NCBI GenBank assembly: GCA_023409795.1
Contig: JAEYQX010000087.1
Location: 284 to 64,283, forward strand
DNA length: 64,000 bases
Source of the DNA: Pseudomonadota bacterium
GTDB lineage: Bacteria; Pseudomonadota; Alphaproteobacteria; Caulobacterales; Caulobacteraceae
Reading direction: 5' to 3'
The stretch's first letter is position 1. Every line of letters begins with the position of its first letter. Positions 1-15,107 of the stretch are shown in pieces. A model generated the notes under the pieces. That model was not told the DNA's origin, ran no database searches, and was given only the letters and a program-made list of their open reading frames with translations. Made by a program: the position numbers and the translations under genes.

Positions 1-102
1 ACGCGGTCTCTTACTCACAAGGGTGATACCGGAATGAGGCTGAAACAAGACCTGAATTTCGCTGATCACCCAGGTTTTATGGCCTAAAAACCGGACCTTA
101 GG

Positions 103-987
103 TCAAGTTTTGGCGGTAATCAGGTCGATGAAGTCGGCCTCGGACATCAGGCGGGTGCCCAGGTGGCGCGCGCGATCCAGCTTGGAGCCGGCCCCACGGC
201 CCACCACGACCCAGTCGGTCTTTGAGGTGACCGTGCCGGTGACGCGGGCGCCGAAACGGACGGCGATGTCCTGGGCCTGGTCGCGGGTGAAGCGGGCCAG
301 CTGGCCGGTGAAGACCACCCTCATGCCCGACATCGAGGGCCGCTCGCCAGGCAGGGGCTGGTAGCGGTCGGCATAGCTGCGGATCGTGCTGCGGGCCACG
401 CGCGGGGCCGAGCAGGCGGAATAGCCGTCCGGGCTCATCCGGCCGATGCCGACCTGGGTCAGGCGGGCCAGGTCGTGCAGGCTGGACGCCTGGCGAAGGC
501 GCATGGCCTCAAGCGCCACCTCGGCGCAGACCAGGGCGTCCTCGCCCGCGTCATGGTGGCGGAAGCTGATGCCCAGGTGATCGCCCAGGGCATTGAGCCG
601 CGCCGTGCCCAGGTCTGCCCAGACCCTTTGCGCCACCTTGACCGTGCACAGGTAGTCGAACTCGGGATAGGCCAGCTGGTAGGTGTCGCAGCTGGTGCGC
701 ATCACGCTCATGTCGAAGCCCGCATTGTGGGCCAGGACCATGTCGCAGCCGCTGATCCGCTGGCGCAGGCCGGCCAGGACGTCGGGAAACTCGGGCGCGT
801 CCTGGACCATGCCGGGGCTGATGCCATGGATGCGGACATTGACCGGGGCAAAGCGCATTTCCGGCGGGCGGATCAGGTGGCTTTCGACCCCGGTGACGCG
901 GCCGTCCTCGATCCAGGCCAGGCCGATCGAACAGGCGCTGGCCCGCTGCTCGTTGGCGGTTTCGAAATCAATGGCGACGGCGCGCAT
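103..987 (-). CDS. DEDDh 3'-5' exonuclease (DnaQ-like) with C-terminal BRCT domain
   Basis: IDFETAN (ExoI), AHNAGFD (ExoII), HHDAGEDA (ExoIII); C-terminal VVFTG...TDWVVVG..AGSKL BRCT pattern. Confidence 0.85.
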   Translation of the reverse strand: MRAVAIDFETANEQRASACSIGLAWIEDGRVTGVESHLIRPPEMRFAPVNVRIHGISPGMVQDAPEFPDVLAGLRQRISGCDMVLAHNAGFDMSVMRTSCDTYQLAYPEFDYLCTVKVAQRVWADLGTARLNALGDHLGISFRHHDAGEDALVCAEVALEAMRLRQASSLHDLARLTQVGIGRMSPDGYSACSAPRVARSTIRSYADRYQPLPGERPSMSGMRVVFTGQLARFTRDQAQDIAVRFGARVTGTVTSKTDWVVVGRGAGSKLDRARHLGTRLMSEADFIDLITAKT

Positions 988-1011
988 CTGGTCTTCCCGA
1001 CTGGTCTGTCC

Positions 1012-3339
<2,328 letters not shown>

Positions 3340-3470
3340 TTACGGTCAGTCGCTTTGGTGTGCCTGCTTTAGCACCAGAAGCGGCGCATCGCAGGCCCGA
3401 TGACAGATTAGTAAACTGACGTGGCTATTATTCGGCTCTAGCGTCGCGCCGATTCTTCGTGGAGCCCCTC

Positions 3471-4433
3471 ATGCGTCCTGTCCTGACCAGCCTGGTTGCC
3501 CTGTCTGCCGCCTTGATGATGGCCTCGTGCCAGACGCCCGCTGCGCCCGAGGTGGCCGCGACGCCGGTGGCCGAGGCGGGGGCCGACTACAGCCAGCTGA
3601 TGGCGGACCTGCAGATTCTGTCGGCCGATGACATGCAGGGGCGCGACACCGGCTCCGAAGGCGGGGCCAAGGCCCGCGAATACATCATCAGCCGCCTGGA
3701 AGCCCTGGGCGTGGCCCCGACGCCGATGGGCCGCCTGCAGCCGTGGGAAATGCAGGGCCGCAGCCCTGACGGGCCCAGGACCTGGAGCGGCACCAACATC
3801 CTGGGCTTGATCCCCGGCACCAAGGTGACGGACCGCTATATCGTCGTCACGGCCCACTATGACCACGTCGGCGTGCGCGACGGCCACATCTACAACGGGG
3901 CCGATGACAATGCCTCGGGCGTGGCGACCATGCTGGAGCTGGCGCGTCGCCTGAAGGAAAAGCCGCCGCACATGAGCGTGCTGATCGTCGCCCTGGACGG
4001 CGAGGAGCGGGGGCTGCTGGGAGCGCGGCACTTTGTCGAGGCCCCGCCCGTGCCGCTGTCGCGCATGGCGATGAACCTGAACCTCGACATGACCGGCCGC
4101 GCCGACGTCGATGACCGCCTGTGGGTCACCGGCACCCACCAGCACCCCTATTTCCGCCCGGTCCTGGACCAGGTGGCAGCGCGGGCCAATGTCTCACTGT
4201 CCTTTGGCAAGGACCGGCCCGAGGATGAGGGAGCCGACAACTGGGTCAATGCCTCCGACCACGCCGCCTTCCACCGCGCGGGCGTGCCCTTCCTCTATCT
4301 GGGGGTGAACTTCCACGAGGACTATCACCGTCCCAGCGATGACTTCGAGCGCATCCAGCCGGCCTATTTCCAGCAGGCGACCGAGCTGGCGATCGACAGC
4401 TTCTATTACCTGGACCGCTGGTTCGCCCAGTAG
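3471..4433 (+). CDS. M28-family Zn peptidase, predicted lipoprotein
   Basis: Signal peptide ending in lipobox MASC; AHYDH, GADDNASG, GEERG, SDH and YH Zn/catalytic motifs. Confidence 0.88.
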   Translation: MRPVLTSLVALSAALMMASCQTPAAPEVAATPVAEAGADYSQLMADLQILSADDMQGRDTGSEGGAKAREYIISRLEALGVAPTPMGRLQPWEMQGRSPDGPRTWSGTNILGLIPGTKVTDRYIVVTAHYDHVGVRDGHIYNGADDNASGVATMLELARRLKEKPPHMSVLIVALDGEERGLLGARHFVEAPPVPLSRMAMNLNLDMTGRADVDDRLWVTGTHQHPYFRPVLDQVAARANVSLSFGKDRPEDEGADNWVNASDHAAFHRAGVPFLYLGVNFHEDYHRPSDDFERIQPAYFQQATELAIDSFYYLDRWFAQ

Positions 4434-4509
4434 GCCGCCGGGGAGGGTGTCACAAAATCGTTGCCGTTACGGGCTTGTAGAGCGCGAGTTCTGAGTCCGG
4501 GGGGAAGCG

Positions 4510-5130
4510 ATGTCAGTGGCACAGGGTATGGATCTGCAGGTCTTCCAGCGGGTCCGGAAGGTGATGATCGGGGTCGGGCTGGCCGTCGTGGTGGCGCTGG
4601 CCCTGGTCACCCGGGCGCGGATGCCGCAGACGCTGAACGAGGCGGTCGAGGCCCTGGGCCTGGGCCTGATCCTGGTCTGCATCGTCGGCCGCGCCTGGTG
4701 CTCGCTCTATATCGGCGGGCGCAAGAAGATCGAGATCGTCGATCGCGGGCCCTATTCGATCAGCCGCAACCCGCTCTATGTCTTCAGCTTCATGGGGGCC
4801 TTTGGCGTCGGCACCCAGACCGGCAGCCTGGTCATGGCGGGCCTGTTCCTGGCGGTCACCATGGCGGTCTTCTATGTCACGGTGCGGCGCGAGGAGGCCT
4901 GGCTGGGCCAGACCTTTGGCGAGACCTATCGCGCCTATTGCGCCCGCACGCCGCGCTTTGGCCCGCGCTTTTCGCGGTGGCGCGATGCCGAGATCCTGGA
5001 CGTGCAGCCGCGGTTCTTCCTGCTGACGCTGAGGGACGGGCTGATCTTCCTGCTGGCCATCCCGGTCTTCAAGACGGTGGAGGTGCTGCAGGAGGCGGGC
5101 TGGCTGCACACCCTGCTGCATCTGCCCTGA
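4510..5130 (+). CDS. Isoprenylcysteine carboxyl methyltransferase (ICMT/Ste14)-family membrane protein
   Basis: Several TM segments; GPYSISRNPLY and EEAWL...FG..Y..Y...TPRF motifs. Confidence 0.85.
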   Translation: MSVAQGMDLQVFQRVRKVMIGVGLAVVVALALVTRARMPQTLNEAVEALGLGLILVCIVGRAWCSLYIGGRKKIEIVDRGPYSISRNPLYVFSFMGAFGVGTQTGSLVMAGLFLAVTMAVFYVTVRREEAWLGQTFGETYRAYCARTPRFGPRFSRWRDAEILDVQPRFFLLTLRDGLIFLLAIPVFKTVEVLQEAGWLHTLLHLP

Positions 5131-5151
5131 GGGGCCGGACCAGGCGGCATC

Positions 5152-5186
5152 AAAAAAAGGGCGGGAGGTGGTGCCTCCCGCCCTTT
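5152..5186. terminator. Intrinsic terminator between convergent genes, probably bidirectional
   Basis: AAAGGGCGGGAGG-TGGTG-CCTCCCGCCCTTT perfect 13-bp stem; the A7 tract gives a U-tail on the minus strand. Confidence 0.85.
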
Positions 5187-5199
5187 GGCGTTTTCAGTG

Positions 5200-5661
5200 T
5201 CAGGCGACGGTGGCCTTGACGATCTTGCCCGGGTTGCGCGGCGGCTCACCCTTGGGCAGGGCGTCGACGTGTTCCATGCCCTCGATCACATTGCCCCAGA
5301 CCGTATACTGGCGGTCCAGGAAGCGGGCGTCGTCGAAGCAGATGAAGAACTGCGAGTTGGCGCTGTCCGGGTTGGCGGTGCGGGCCATCGAGCAGGTGCC
5401 GCGCACGTGCGGCTCTGCGTTGAACTCCTGCTTCAGGTTCGGCTTCTTGGAGCCCGAGGTGCCGGTGCCCGTCGGGTCGCCGCCCTGGGCCATGAAGCCG
5501 GCGATCACGCGGTGGAAGACGACGCCGTCGTAGAAGCCTTCCGAGGCCAGGTCGGTGATCTGCTTGACGTGGTTGGGGGCCAAGTCCGGACGCAGCTTGA
5601 TGACGACGTTGCGTTCCTCACCGTCGCCGGTGTCCAGGGTGAAGGTCAGGGTTTCGGCCAT
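5200..5661 (-). CDS. Cyclophilin-type peptidyl-prolyl cis-trans isomerase
   Basis: FHRVIAGFMAQGGDPTGTG and SMART...SANSQFFI motifs; start set at MAETLTF behind a GGAGG RBS. Confidence 0.93.
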   Translation of the reverse strand: MAETLTFTLDTGDGEERNVVIKLRPDLAPNHVKQITDLASEGFYDGVVFHRVIAGFMAQGGDPTGTGTSGSKKPNLKQEFNAEPHVRGTCSMARTANPDSANSQFFICFDDARFLDRQYTVWGNVIEGMEHVDALPKGEPPRNPGKIVKATVA

Positions 5662-5742
5662 TTGGCCCTCCTTTGGGGTCTTGCGAACCAGAATTGCGTG
5701 CGGGTCATAGCGGCAGAACGCCCGGACGGCTATGAGGGACGC

Positions 5743-8647
<2,905 letters not shown>

Positions 8648-8661
8648 GGTCTGACCCTCCT

Positions 8662-8785
8662 CGCGTCATCCCCGGCCCCCGTGCCGGGGATTCAGGGACT
8701 CTCGGGTGGCCTGGTTTGGCGTTAGTTTGGAACAGGGTCTGGCGAAGCGGTTCTGGATCCTCGGCACAGGGCCGAGGATGACGCG
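8662..8785. repeat. CGTC-tagged REP doublet (two inverted palindromic units)
   Basis: CGCGTCATCCCCGGCCCCCGTGCCGGGGATTCAG (8662-8695) and the inverted CTGGATCCTCGGCACAGGGCCGAGGATGACGCG (8753-8785); each unit forms its own hairpin. Confidence 0.8.
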
Positions 8786-8814
8786 GTTCAGGTGGCCATA
8801 ACAGACGAGGGAGC

Positions 8815-9213
8815 GTGCCGGTGACGACTGAATTGACCTATCTGTTGGCCACGCTTGTCCTGGCCCTGGTGCAGATCCTTCTGCCGGCTGCGGCCCGGAC
8901 AGCCGAGTTTGGCCTGAGCTGGAACGCCGGGCCGCGCGACCGGACGCCCGTCTCGACGCGGCCCCTGACCGGGCGGCTGGAGCGGGCCCAGGCCAATCTG
9001 TTCGAGACCCTGCCGCTGTTCATCGGGGCCGTGCTGCTGACCCATTTCGCGGGTATGGCTGGCCCCCTGACCCTGTGGGGGACGGCCCTCTATTTCTGGG
9101 CGCGCGTCGCCTATGTTCCTCTTTACGCCCTGGGCGTGCCCTATATCCGGTCGCTGGTCTGGCTGGTCTCGCTTGCGGGACTGGCCATGATCCTGATGGC
9201 CCCCTTCGTTTGA
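8815..9213 (+). CDS. MAPEG-family membrane protein
   Basis: Four TM segments; RLERAQANLFETLPLF and ARVAY..LY..G motifs; GAGGGAG RBS before the GTG start. Confidence 0.85.
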   Translation: MPVTTELTYLLATLVLALVQILLPAAARTAEFGLSWNAGPRDRTPVSTRPLTGRLERAQANLFETLPLFIGAVLLTHFAGMAGPLTLWGTALYFWARVAYVPLYALGVPYIRSLVWLVSLAGLAMILMAPFV

Positions 9214-9220
9214 GACTGAT

Positions 9221-10627
9221 TTGACCCCAGCCGCCCGTCTTGCTGCCGCCGCGTCCGTTCTGGACAGCATCCACCACAGCCGCCAGCCCGCCGAGGTGGT
9301 GCTGAAGGCCTGGGGCGCGGCCAACCGCTATGCCGGGTCCAAGGACCGCCGCGCCATCGCCGACCGCGTCTTCAAGGTGCTGCGCGCCAAGGGACGCCTG
9401 GTCTGGGCCATGGGCAACCGCGAGGATGGCCGGGCCCTGGTCATCGGTTCGCTGTCGCTGATCGCCGGCCTGCCGCTGGAAGAGATCGAGGCCCTGCATT
9501 CGGGCGAGGGCTATGGCCCGCGTCCGCTGTCGAAACAGGAGCGCGCCCGCATCACCGCGCCCGAGGGCGAGCTGCCCGGCTGGGTCGCGGCGGGTATTCC
9601 CGAGTTCGTGCTGGAGGACTTCAAGGCCACCTACGGCGACGACTACCGGCAGCAGGCGCACGAGCTGATGACGCCGCGCGCGCCCATCGACCTGCGCGTC
9701 AACCTGGCCCGGACCACGCTTGAGGCGGTCGAGGCCGAGCTGGTCGAGGCGGGCCTGTCGCCCCAGCGCACGCCGTGGTCGGCGGCGGGCCTGCGCCTGT
9801 CGGCCGAGCCCCCGCCCAATGTCCAGGCCCTGGATGCCTTCAAGCAGGGCCATATCGAGATCCAGGACGAGGGCAGCCAGCTGGCCTGCTGGCTGAGCGG
9901 CGTCGAGCCGGGCATGACCGTGGTCGACTATTGCGCCGGTGGTGGCGGCAAGACCCTGGGCCTGGCCATGCTGGGCCAGGCGCGGGCGACCGAGGCCGAA
10001 GCCACGGCCGAGCCTGTGACCACCTGGTCGCCAATGGGCGGGGAGGGGGCCACCCCTGCCGCCCGCAAGCCTGCCCGACCCGACATGGGCATTCGCCTGT
10101 TCGCCTTTGACGTGGTGCAAAAGCGCCTCGATAACATCCGCCCGCGCCTGGCCCGCGCCGGGGTCGAGGCTGACCTGCGCCTGCTGGGCCAGAACGGCGG
10201 CGGCACCCAGGACCTGGTGGACCAGGCCGACGTGGTCCTGGTCGATGCCCCGTGCAGCGGCACCGGCACCTGGCGCCGCCGTCCCGAGGACGCCTGGCGC
10301 CTGAAGCCCGAGGAGGTCGAGCGCCTGCATGGCCTGCAGGTGCAGATTCTGGATCGCGCTGCCCAGCTGGTGAAGCCGGGCGGGCGGCTGGTCTTCGTGA
10401 CCTGCTCGATGCTGCGCGCCGAGAACGAGGCCTCTGCCGAGGCCTTTGAGGCCGCTCACCCCGACTTTAGGCCGGTGCCGGTGGCCCGGATGCTGGACAC
10501 CGACCTGCTGACCCACGAGGGCAAGGCCCGGCTGGGCAAGCTGGCCGAGGGGCACCGCCTGCGCCTGTCGCCGGCCTCCAGCGGCACGGATGGCTTCTTT
10601 GCCGCCGTCTATGAGCGCGCCGAATGA
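9221..10627 (+). CDS. RsmB/NOP-family RNA (cytosine-C5) methyltransferase
   Basis: IQDEGSQ, DYCAGGGGKT, VDAPCSGTG, TCS and TDGFF motifs. Confidence 0.9.
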   Translation: MTPAARLAAAASVLDSIHHSRQPAEVVLKAWGAANRYAGSKDRRAIADRVFKVLRAKGRLVWAMGNREDGRALVIGSLSLIAGLPLEEIEALHSGEGYGPRPLSKQERARITAPEGELPGWVAAGIPEFVLEDFKATYGDDYRQQAHELMTPRAPIDLRVNLARTTLEAVEAELVEAGLSPQRTPWSAAGLRLSAEPPPNVQALDAFKQGHIEIQDEGSQLACWLSGVEPGMTVVDYCAGGGGKTLGLAMLGQARATEAEATAEPVTTWSPMGGEGATPAARKPARPDMGIRLFAFDVVQKRLDNIRPRLARAGVEADLRLLGQNGGGTQDLVDQADVVLVDAPCSGTGTWRRRPEDAWRLKPEEVERLHGLQVQILDRAAQLVKPGGRLVFVTCSMLRAENEASAEAFEAAHPDFRPVPVARMLDTDLLTHEGKARLGKLAEGHRLRLSPASSGTDGFFAAVYERAE

Positions 10628-11349
10628 TCGAGGCGCAGTTCGAGACCATCTATGGCCTGTCGGTCCTGCCGGTCATGGCGGCTCCGGCAGAATATGGAGC
10701 CGGGCTGCAGGCCCGGATCACGCCGCTGATCACCGGCATTGGCCCGGTCGAGGCGGCGATCAGCCTGACCGCTGCCCTGTCGCGGCTGGAGGCCATGGAC
10801 AGCCTGCCGGACCTGATCGTCTCGCTGGGCTCCTGCGGCTCGCGCGAGCTGGACCACGCCCGGGTCTATCAGGCGTCGTCGGTCAGCTATCGTGACATGG
10901 ACGCCAGCCCCCTGGGGTTCGAGAAGGGCCAGACGCCGCTTCTGGACCTGCCGCCCGTCCTGCCGCTGCCGTGCCCGATCCCGGGCGTGCCGACCGCCAG
11001 CCTGTCGACCGGTGCCAATGTGGTGTCCGGCACCGCCTATGATGCCATCGACGCCCAGATGGTGGACATGGAGACCTGGGCCCTGAAGCGCGTGGCCCAG
11101 ACCTTTGGCATTCCCCTGATTGCCCTGCGTGGCGTCAGCGATGGCAAGACCGAACTGTCCCGGCTGGAAGACTGGACCGGCACCCTGGACCAGGTGGACG
11201 CCAATCTGGCCCGGGCCTGGGACCTGCTGTCCGAGGTTCTGACCAGCCAGGGGCTTCATGCCCTGACCCAGGACGACACATCACGGGTTGATCCCGACGG
11301 CTCTAGCCGTCATGAAGCCGCCCAAACCCCGCCCCCTACGGATTCCTAA
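10624..11349 (+). CDS. MTA/SAH nucleosidase-family (PNP/UDP phosphorylase fold) protein
   Basis: [25 protein letters not shown] motifs; ATGA overlap with the upstream gene. Confidence 0.8.
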   Translation: MIEAQFETIYGLSVLPVMAAPAEYGAGLQARITPLITGIGPVEAAISLTAALSRLEAMDSLPDLIVSLGSCGSRELDHARVYQASSVSYRDMDASPLGFEKGQTPLLDLPPVLPLPCPIPGVPTASLSTGANVVSGTAYDAIDAQMVDMETWALKRVAQTFGIPLIALRGVSDGKTELSRLEDWTGTLDQVDANLARAWDLLSEVLTSQGLHALTQDDTSRVDPDGSSRHEAAQTPPPTDS

Positions 11350-11353
11350 GGCC

Positions 11354-12916
11354 ATGACCGCGCCCACTACGCACGAAGCCGTTCTGATTGTCGATTTCGG
11401 CAGTCAGGTCACCCAACTGATCGCGCGGCGCCTGCGTGAATTGAACATCTATTGCGAGATCCATCCCTATACCAAGGCGATGACCGCGCTGGAGGCCATG
11501 CAGCCCAGGGCGATCATCCTGTCGGGTGGCCCGTCTTCGACGACCGAGGCGGACAGCCCGCGCGTTGACCACGCCCTGTTCGACTATGGCGCGCCCATCT
11601 TTGGCATCTGCTATGGCGAGCAGCTGATCTGCGCCGAGCTGGGCGGCAAGGTCGAGAGCGGCCACCACCGCGAGTTTGGCCGCGCCGAGATCAATATCGT
11701 CAAGGACAGCCCCCTGTTCGACGGCATCGGCGGGGCCGGTGAGCGCGAGCCGGTCTGGATGAGCCACGGCGACCGCGTCACCGCCATCCCCGAGGGCTTC
11801 GAGGTCATCGCCACCTCCGAAGGCGCGCCCTATGCGGCCATCGCCAATGCCGAGAAGAAGATCTATGCGGTCCAGTTCCACCCCGAGGTGATGCACACCC
11901 CGCGCGGTGCCCAGATCCTGAAAAACTTTACCCATGGCATCGCCGGCCTGACCGGTGACTGGACCATGGCCGCCTATCGCGACGAGCAGATCGCCAAGAT
12001 CCGCGAGCAGGTCGGCGACGCCAAGGTCATCTGCGGCCTGTCGGGCGGCGTGGACTCCTCGGTGGCGGCGGTCCTGATCCACGAGGCGATCGGCGACCAG
12101 CTGACCTGCGTCTTCGTGGACACCGGCCTGCTGCGCAAGGACGAGGCCAAGCAGGTCACGACCCTGTTCCGTGAGCATTACAACATCCCGCTGGTCCACG
12201 TGGACGCCTCGGACAAGTTCCTTGGCGCGCTGGCGGGCATCTCGGACCCGGAAACCAAGCGCAAGACCATCGGCCGCCTGTTCATCGAGGTGTTCGACGA
12301 GGAGTCGGCCAAGATCAAGGGTGCGGAATTCCTTGCCCAGGGCACGCTCTATCCGGACGTGATCGAGAGCCTGTCGGCGTCCGGCGGTCCGTCGCAGGTC
12401 ATCAAGTCGCACCACAATGTGGGCGGCCTGCCGGACTATATGAAGCTGAAGCTGGTCGAGCCCCTGCGCGAACTGTTCAAGGACGAAGTGCGCGCCCTTG
12501 GCCGCGAACTGGGCCTGACCGAAGCCTTTGTGGGCCGTCACCCCTTCCCGGGACCGGGTCTGGCCATCCGCATTCCGGGCGAGATCACGCCCGACGCCGT
12601 GGCAACCCTGCAGGACGCCGACGCCATCTATCTGGACGAAATCCGCAAGGCGGGCCTGTACGACGACATCTGGCAGGCCTTCGCCGTCCTGCTGCCGGTC
12701 AAGACCGTGGGCGTGATGGGCGATGCCCGCACCTATGAAAAGGTCCTGGCCCTGCGCGCCGTCACCTCGACCGACGGCATGACCGCCGACTTCTACCAGT
12801 TCCCCTGGGACGTCCTGGCCAAGACCGCCACGCGCATTATCAACGAAGTCCCCGGCGTCAACCGCGTCGTCTACGACGTAACCTCCAAGCCCCCCGGCAC
12901 CATCGAGTGGGAGTGA
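11354..12916 (+). CDS. guaA: GMP synthase (glutamine-hydrolysing)
   Basis: [30 protein letters not shown]-terminal KPPGTIEWE. Confidence 0.98.
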   Translation: MTAPTTHEAVLIVDFGSQVTQLIARRLRELNIYCEIHPYTKAMTALEAMQPRAIILSGGPSSTTEADSPRVDHALFDYGAPIFGICYGEQLICAELGGKVESGHHREFGRAEINIVKDSPLFDGIGGAGEREPVWMSHGDRVTAIPEGFEVIATSEGAPYAAIANAEKKIYAVQFHPEVMHTPRGAQILKNFTHGIAGLTGDWTMAAYRDEQIAKIREQVGDAKVICGLSGGVDSSVAAVLIHEAIGDQLTCVFVDTGLLRKDEAKQVTTLFREHYNIPLVHVDASDKFLGALAGISDPETKRKTIGRLFIEVFDEESAKIKGAEFLAQGTLYPDVIESLSASGGPSQVIKSHHNVGGLPDYMKLKLVEPLRELFKDEVRALGRELGLTEAFVGRHPFPGPGLAIRIPGEITPDAVATLQDADAIYLDEIRKAGLYDDIWQAFAVLLPVKTVGVMGDARTYEKVLALRAVTSTDGMTADFYQFPWDVLAKTATRIINEVPGVNRVVYDVTSKPPGTIEWE

Positions 12917-13020
12917 CCGAGGCCTTTCGGGATCTTTCGAGATCACTTGAGAAGCCAGCCGTAAGTGGTTGATATAAAATTTGATTTATGTAGGACCCTT
13001 CGATTCTTTTCGGAGGGTCT
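12905..13020 (+). mobile_element. Putative island attachment junction at the guaA 3' end
   Basis: GAGTGGGA core in the last guaA codons; tandem 10-mer CTTTCG(G/A)GAT x2 (12924-12943); AT-rich GTAAGTGGTTGATATAAAAT; abrupt switch to accessory genes. Confidence 0.5.
12994..13018. terminator. Hairpin downstream of guaA, possible terminator
   Basis: GACCCTTCGA-TTCTT-TCGGAGGGTC inverted repeat with one G-U pair. Confidence 0.5.
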
Positions 13021-13134
13021 CTCGTTTGTGATAACGGCTTGCCGGACGATCTTGCGGCCGTTGACTCGGCTGCATCGCCGCAGGTGGTCGAGGTCGTAGT
13101 GAACTGGGCCCTGGCGCGCTACCGGAAGGGCTGA

Positions 13135-14352
13135 TCAGGCCGCGGATGTGACGGCTGCATCCTTGATCGGGCAGGATGGATCCGCCAGTCGGCCTGCGTC
13201 GATCGGCAGGTCCCTGGCGATGGCCTGCTTTGCGAACATGAAGGCCTGGCCTGCATTGACCGCTTCGACACAGGCAATTTTGTTGCCGTTGAGGTGGAAG
13301 ACGGCAAAGCTGCCGGTGTCGGGATCACCGCGGATGACCTGGGCGTCGGCACCAAAGGGCAGGCCGGCAATCTGGAGCTTGGCGTCGTACTGCTCTGACC
13401 AGAACCACGGAACCTCCGGCGCAGGGTTGGGGCGGCCCGTGATGGCGGCGGCAGCCTGTTTGGCCTGTTCCAGGGCGTTGGGGACGCTCTCGAGACGGTG
13501 CAACTGGCCGCTGTAGTAGGGCAGAGGGCGTCGGGTCACGTCGCCGATGGCAAGGATGCTGGCATCGCTGGTGCGCGCCTCCAGGTCCACCAGGATCCCG
13601 TCCTGGCAGTCGAGTCCGGCGCGGCGGGCAAGCTCATCATTGGCGATGGCTCCGATGCCGACCAGGATGGCATCGGCTTCCAGCACGGAGCCGTCGTCCA
13701 GGGTCACGCTTTGGGCGGTCACCGACGTGATCTCTACCCCGGTGCGGATATCGACCTCTTCTTGTCTGTGACGACGGGTATAAAAGGCCGAGAGCGTGGA
13801 TGAGGCGACGCGCTGCAGCACCCGGTCCATCCGTTCCAGTACGGTGGCCTCGCTGCCTAGGGCCCGTGCCGAGGCTGCCGCCTCAAGTCCCACGTAGCCG
13901 CCTCCGACCACGACCAGGCGACGACCTGCCCCCAGGGCAGATTTCAGGCGCTCGGCATCCGCCGTGGTACGAAGCTCCAGCAGGCCGGGATCGTCGCCGC
14001 CGGGGACCGGCAGCTTGCGCGCGCGCGACCCCGTGGCGATGACCAGATGATCAAAGGTCTCGACCGTGCCGTCATCGAAGGTGACGGTCCGATGGTCCCG
14101 GTCGATGGCGAGAGCAGTCACGTTCAGGCGCAGGTCGATCCTGTTTTCGGCGTAGAAGTCGCCCGCGCGCAGCTGCAGGCTGCTTTCGTCGGCCTCGCCT
14201 TTCAGCCAGGCCTTGGACAGGGGAGGGCGCTGGTAGGGGGCCAGGCTTTCAGTTCCGGCCAGGATGATCTGGCCATCGAAACCATACTGTCGCAGGAAGC
14301 CGGCGACCGAGCCGCCGGCATGACCTGCCCCGATGATGACAACCTTGGACAT
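13135..14352 (-). CDS. Ferredoxin-NAD(H) reductase (putidaredoxin reductase-like)
   Basis: GAGHAG FAD motif, PYQRPPLSK, GGGYVGLE, AIGD, RLES, PWFWSEQY. Confidence 0.92.
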   Translation of the reverse strand: MSKVVIIGAGHAGGSVAGFLRQYGFDGQIILAGTESLAPYQRPPLSKAWLKGEADESSLQLRAGDFYAENRIDLRLNVTALAIDRDHRTVTFDDGTVETFDHLVIATGSRARKLPVPGGDDPGLLELRTTADAERLKSALGAGRRLVVVGGGYVGLEAAASARALGSEATVLERMDRVLQRVASSTLSAFYTRRHRQEEVDIRTGVEITSVTAQSVTLDDGSVLEADAILVGIGAIANDELARRAGLDCQDGILVDLEARTSDASILAIGDVTRRPLPYYSGQLHRLESVPNALEQAKQAAAAITGRPNPAPEVPWFWSEQYDAKLQIAGLPFGADAQVIRGDPDTGSFAVFHLNGNKIACVEAVNAGQAFMFAKQAIARDLPIDAGRLADPSCPIKDAAVTSAA

Positions 14353-14376
14353 GGGTGTTCTCGGCAGATGAAGAAA

Positions 14377-14973
14377 TCAGGCCGTCTCGCCGCGCGTCAG
14401 GGCATCAAGCCAGACCGGCGTCAGCTGGGAAATCAGCTCGCCCTTTGAATAGGGCCATTCACCGCTGACGGTATCCAGCATGGCCCGTTCCAGTTGGACG
14501 ATGAGCAGGCGGGCCCGTAGGAGGGCCGTACGCCGCTCGCAGGCAAATCGTTCGCCATCGCCGACCAGCACTTCTGCAAACCGCTCAAGCTGGGTGAACT
14601 GCGGACCACGGAAGAAGTTGGCGAAGTCGCGTACCAGACTGCTGACTTCGGACTGGTAGGCGCGCCACTGCTCGTAAGCCTCGCCCAGCCAATTGGAGAT
14701 ATCAGCCGCCGAGACGGACGGCACTTCATGGAAGGACGCGTACAGCTTCTCTGCGCGCAGGAACATTTGCTCGATGACCGCGGCGGTGACGTCGTTCTTG
14801 TCGGTGAAGTGGGAATAGAAGGTGGCGCGGGCGACGCCGGCTTCCTGAAGAATGTCCTCGACCGTCATCAGGTTGAGGCCCTTTTCTGAAAGCACCTTGC
14901 TGGTGGCGGCCAAGATCGTCTGGCGTGACCGATTACGGCGGGTGTCGGTCGCGGAGCGTTTGGTGATGGCCAT
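14377..14973 (-). CDS. TetR-family transcriptional regulator
   Basis: N-terminal HTH TVEDILQEAGVARATFYSHF; start MAITKRS. Confidence 0.88.
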   Translation of the reverse strand: MAITKRSATDTRRNRSRQTILAATSKVLSEKGLNLMTVEDILQEAGVARATFYSHFTDKNDVTAAVIEQMFLRAEKLYASFHEVPSVSAADISNWLGEAYEQWRAYQSEVSSLVRDFANFFRGPQFTQLERFAEVLVGDGERFACERRTALLRARLLIVQLERAMLDTVSGEWPYSKGELISQLTPVWLDALTRGETA

Positions 14974-15046
14974 CAGGAATCCGTCAATCAGAGGTCCACG
15001 GATTATAGCCTGCCAGGACTCATCTGCACAATTGAATGGACAATAA

Positions 15047-15092
15047 TACGCAAATATATATCCAAAACTACGATCGTGTTGCAAATTGCGTA
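15047..15092. promoter_or_regulatory. Phased operator pair (TACGCAA-N32-TTGCGTA)
   Basis: TACGCAA at 15047-15053 and TTGCGTA at 15086-15092; same spacing as at 50600 and 60406. Confidence 0.6.
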
Positions 15093-15107
15093 GTGATGGA
15101 GGGTGCG

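Noticed and set aside
14760..14773. Fifth TGAACA-TT-TGTTCA-like site (GGAACATTTGCTCG)
   Set aside because: It lies inside the tetR coding sequence with three mismatches; likely chance.
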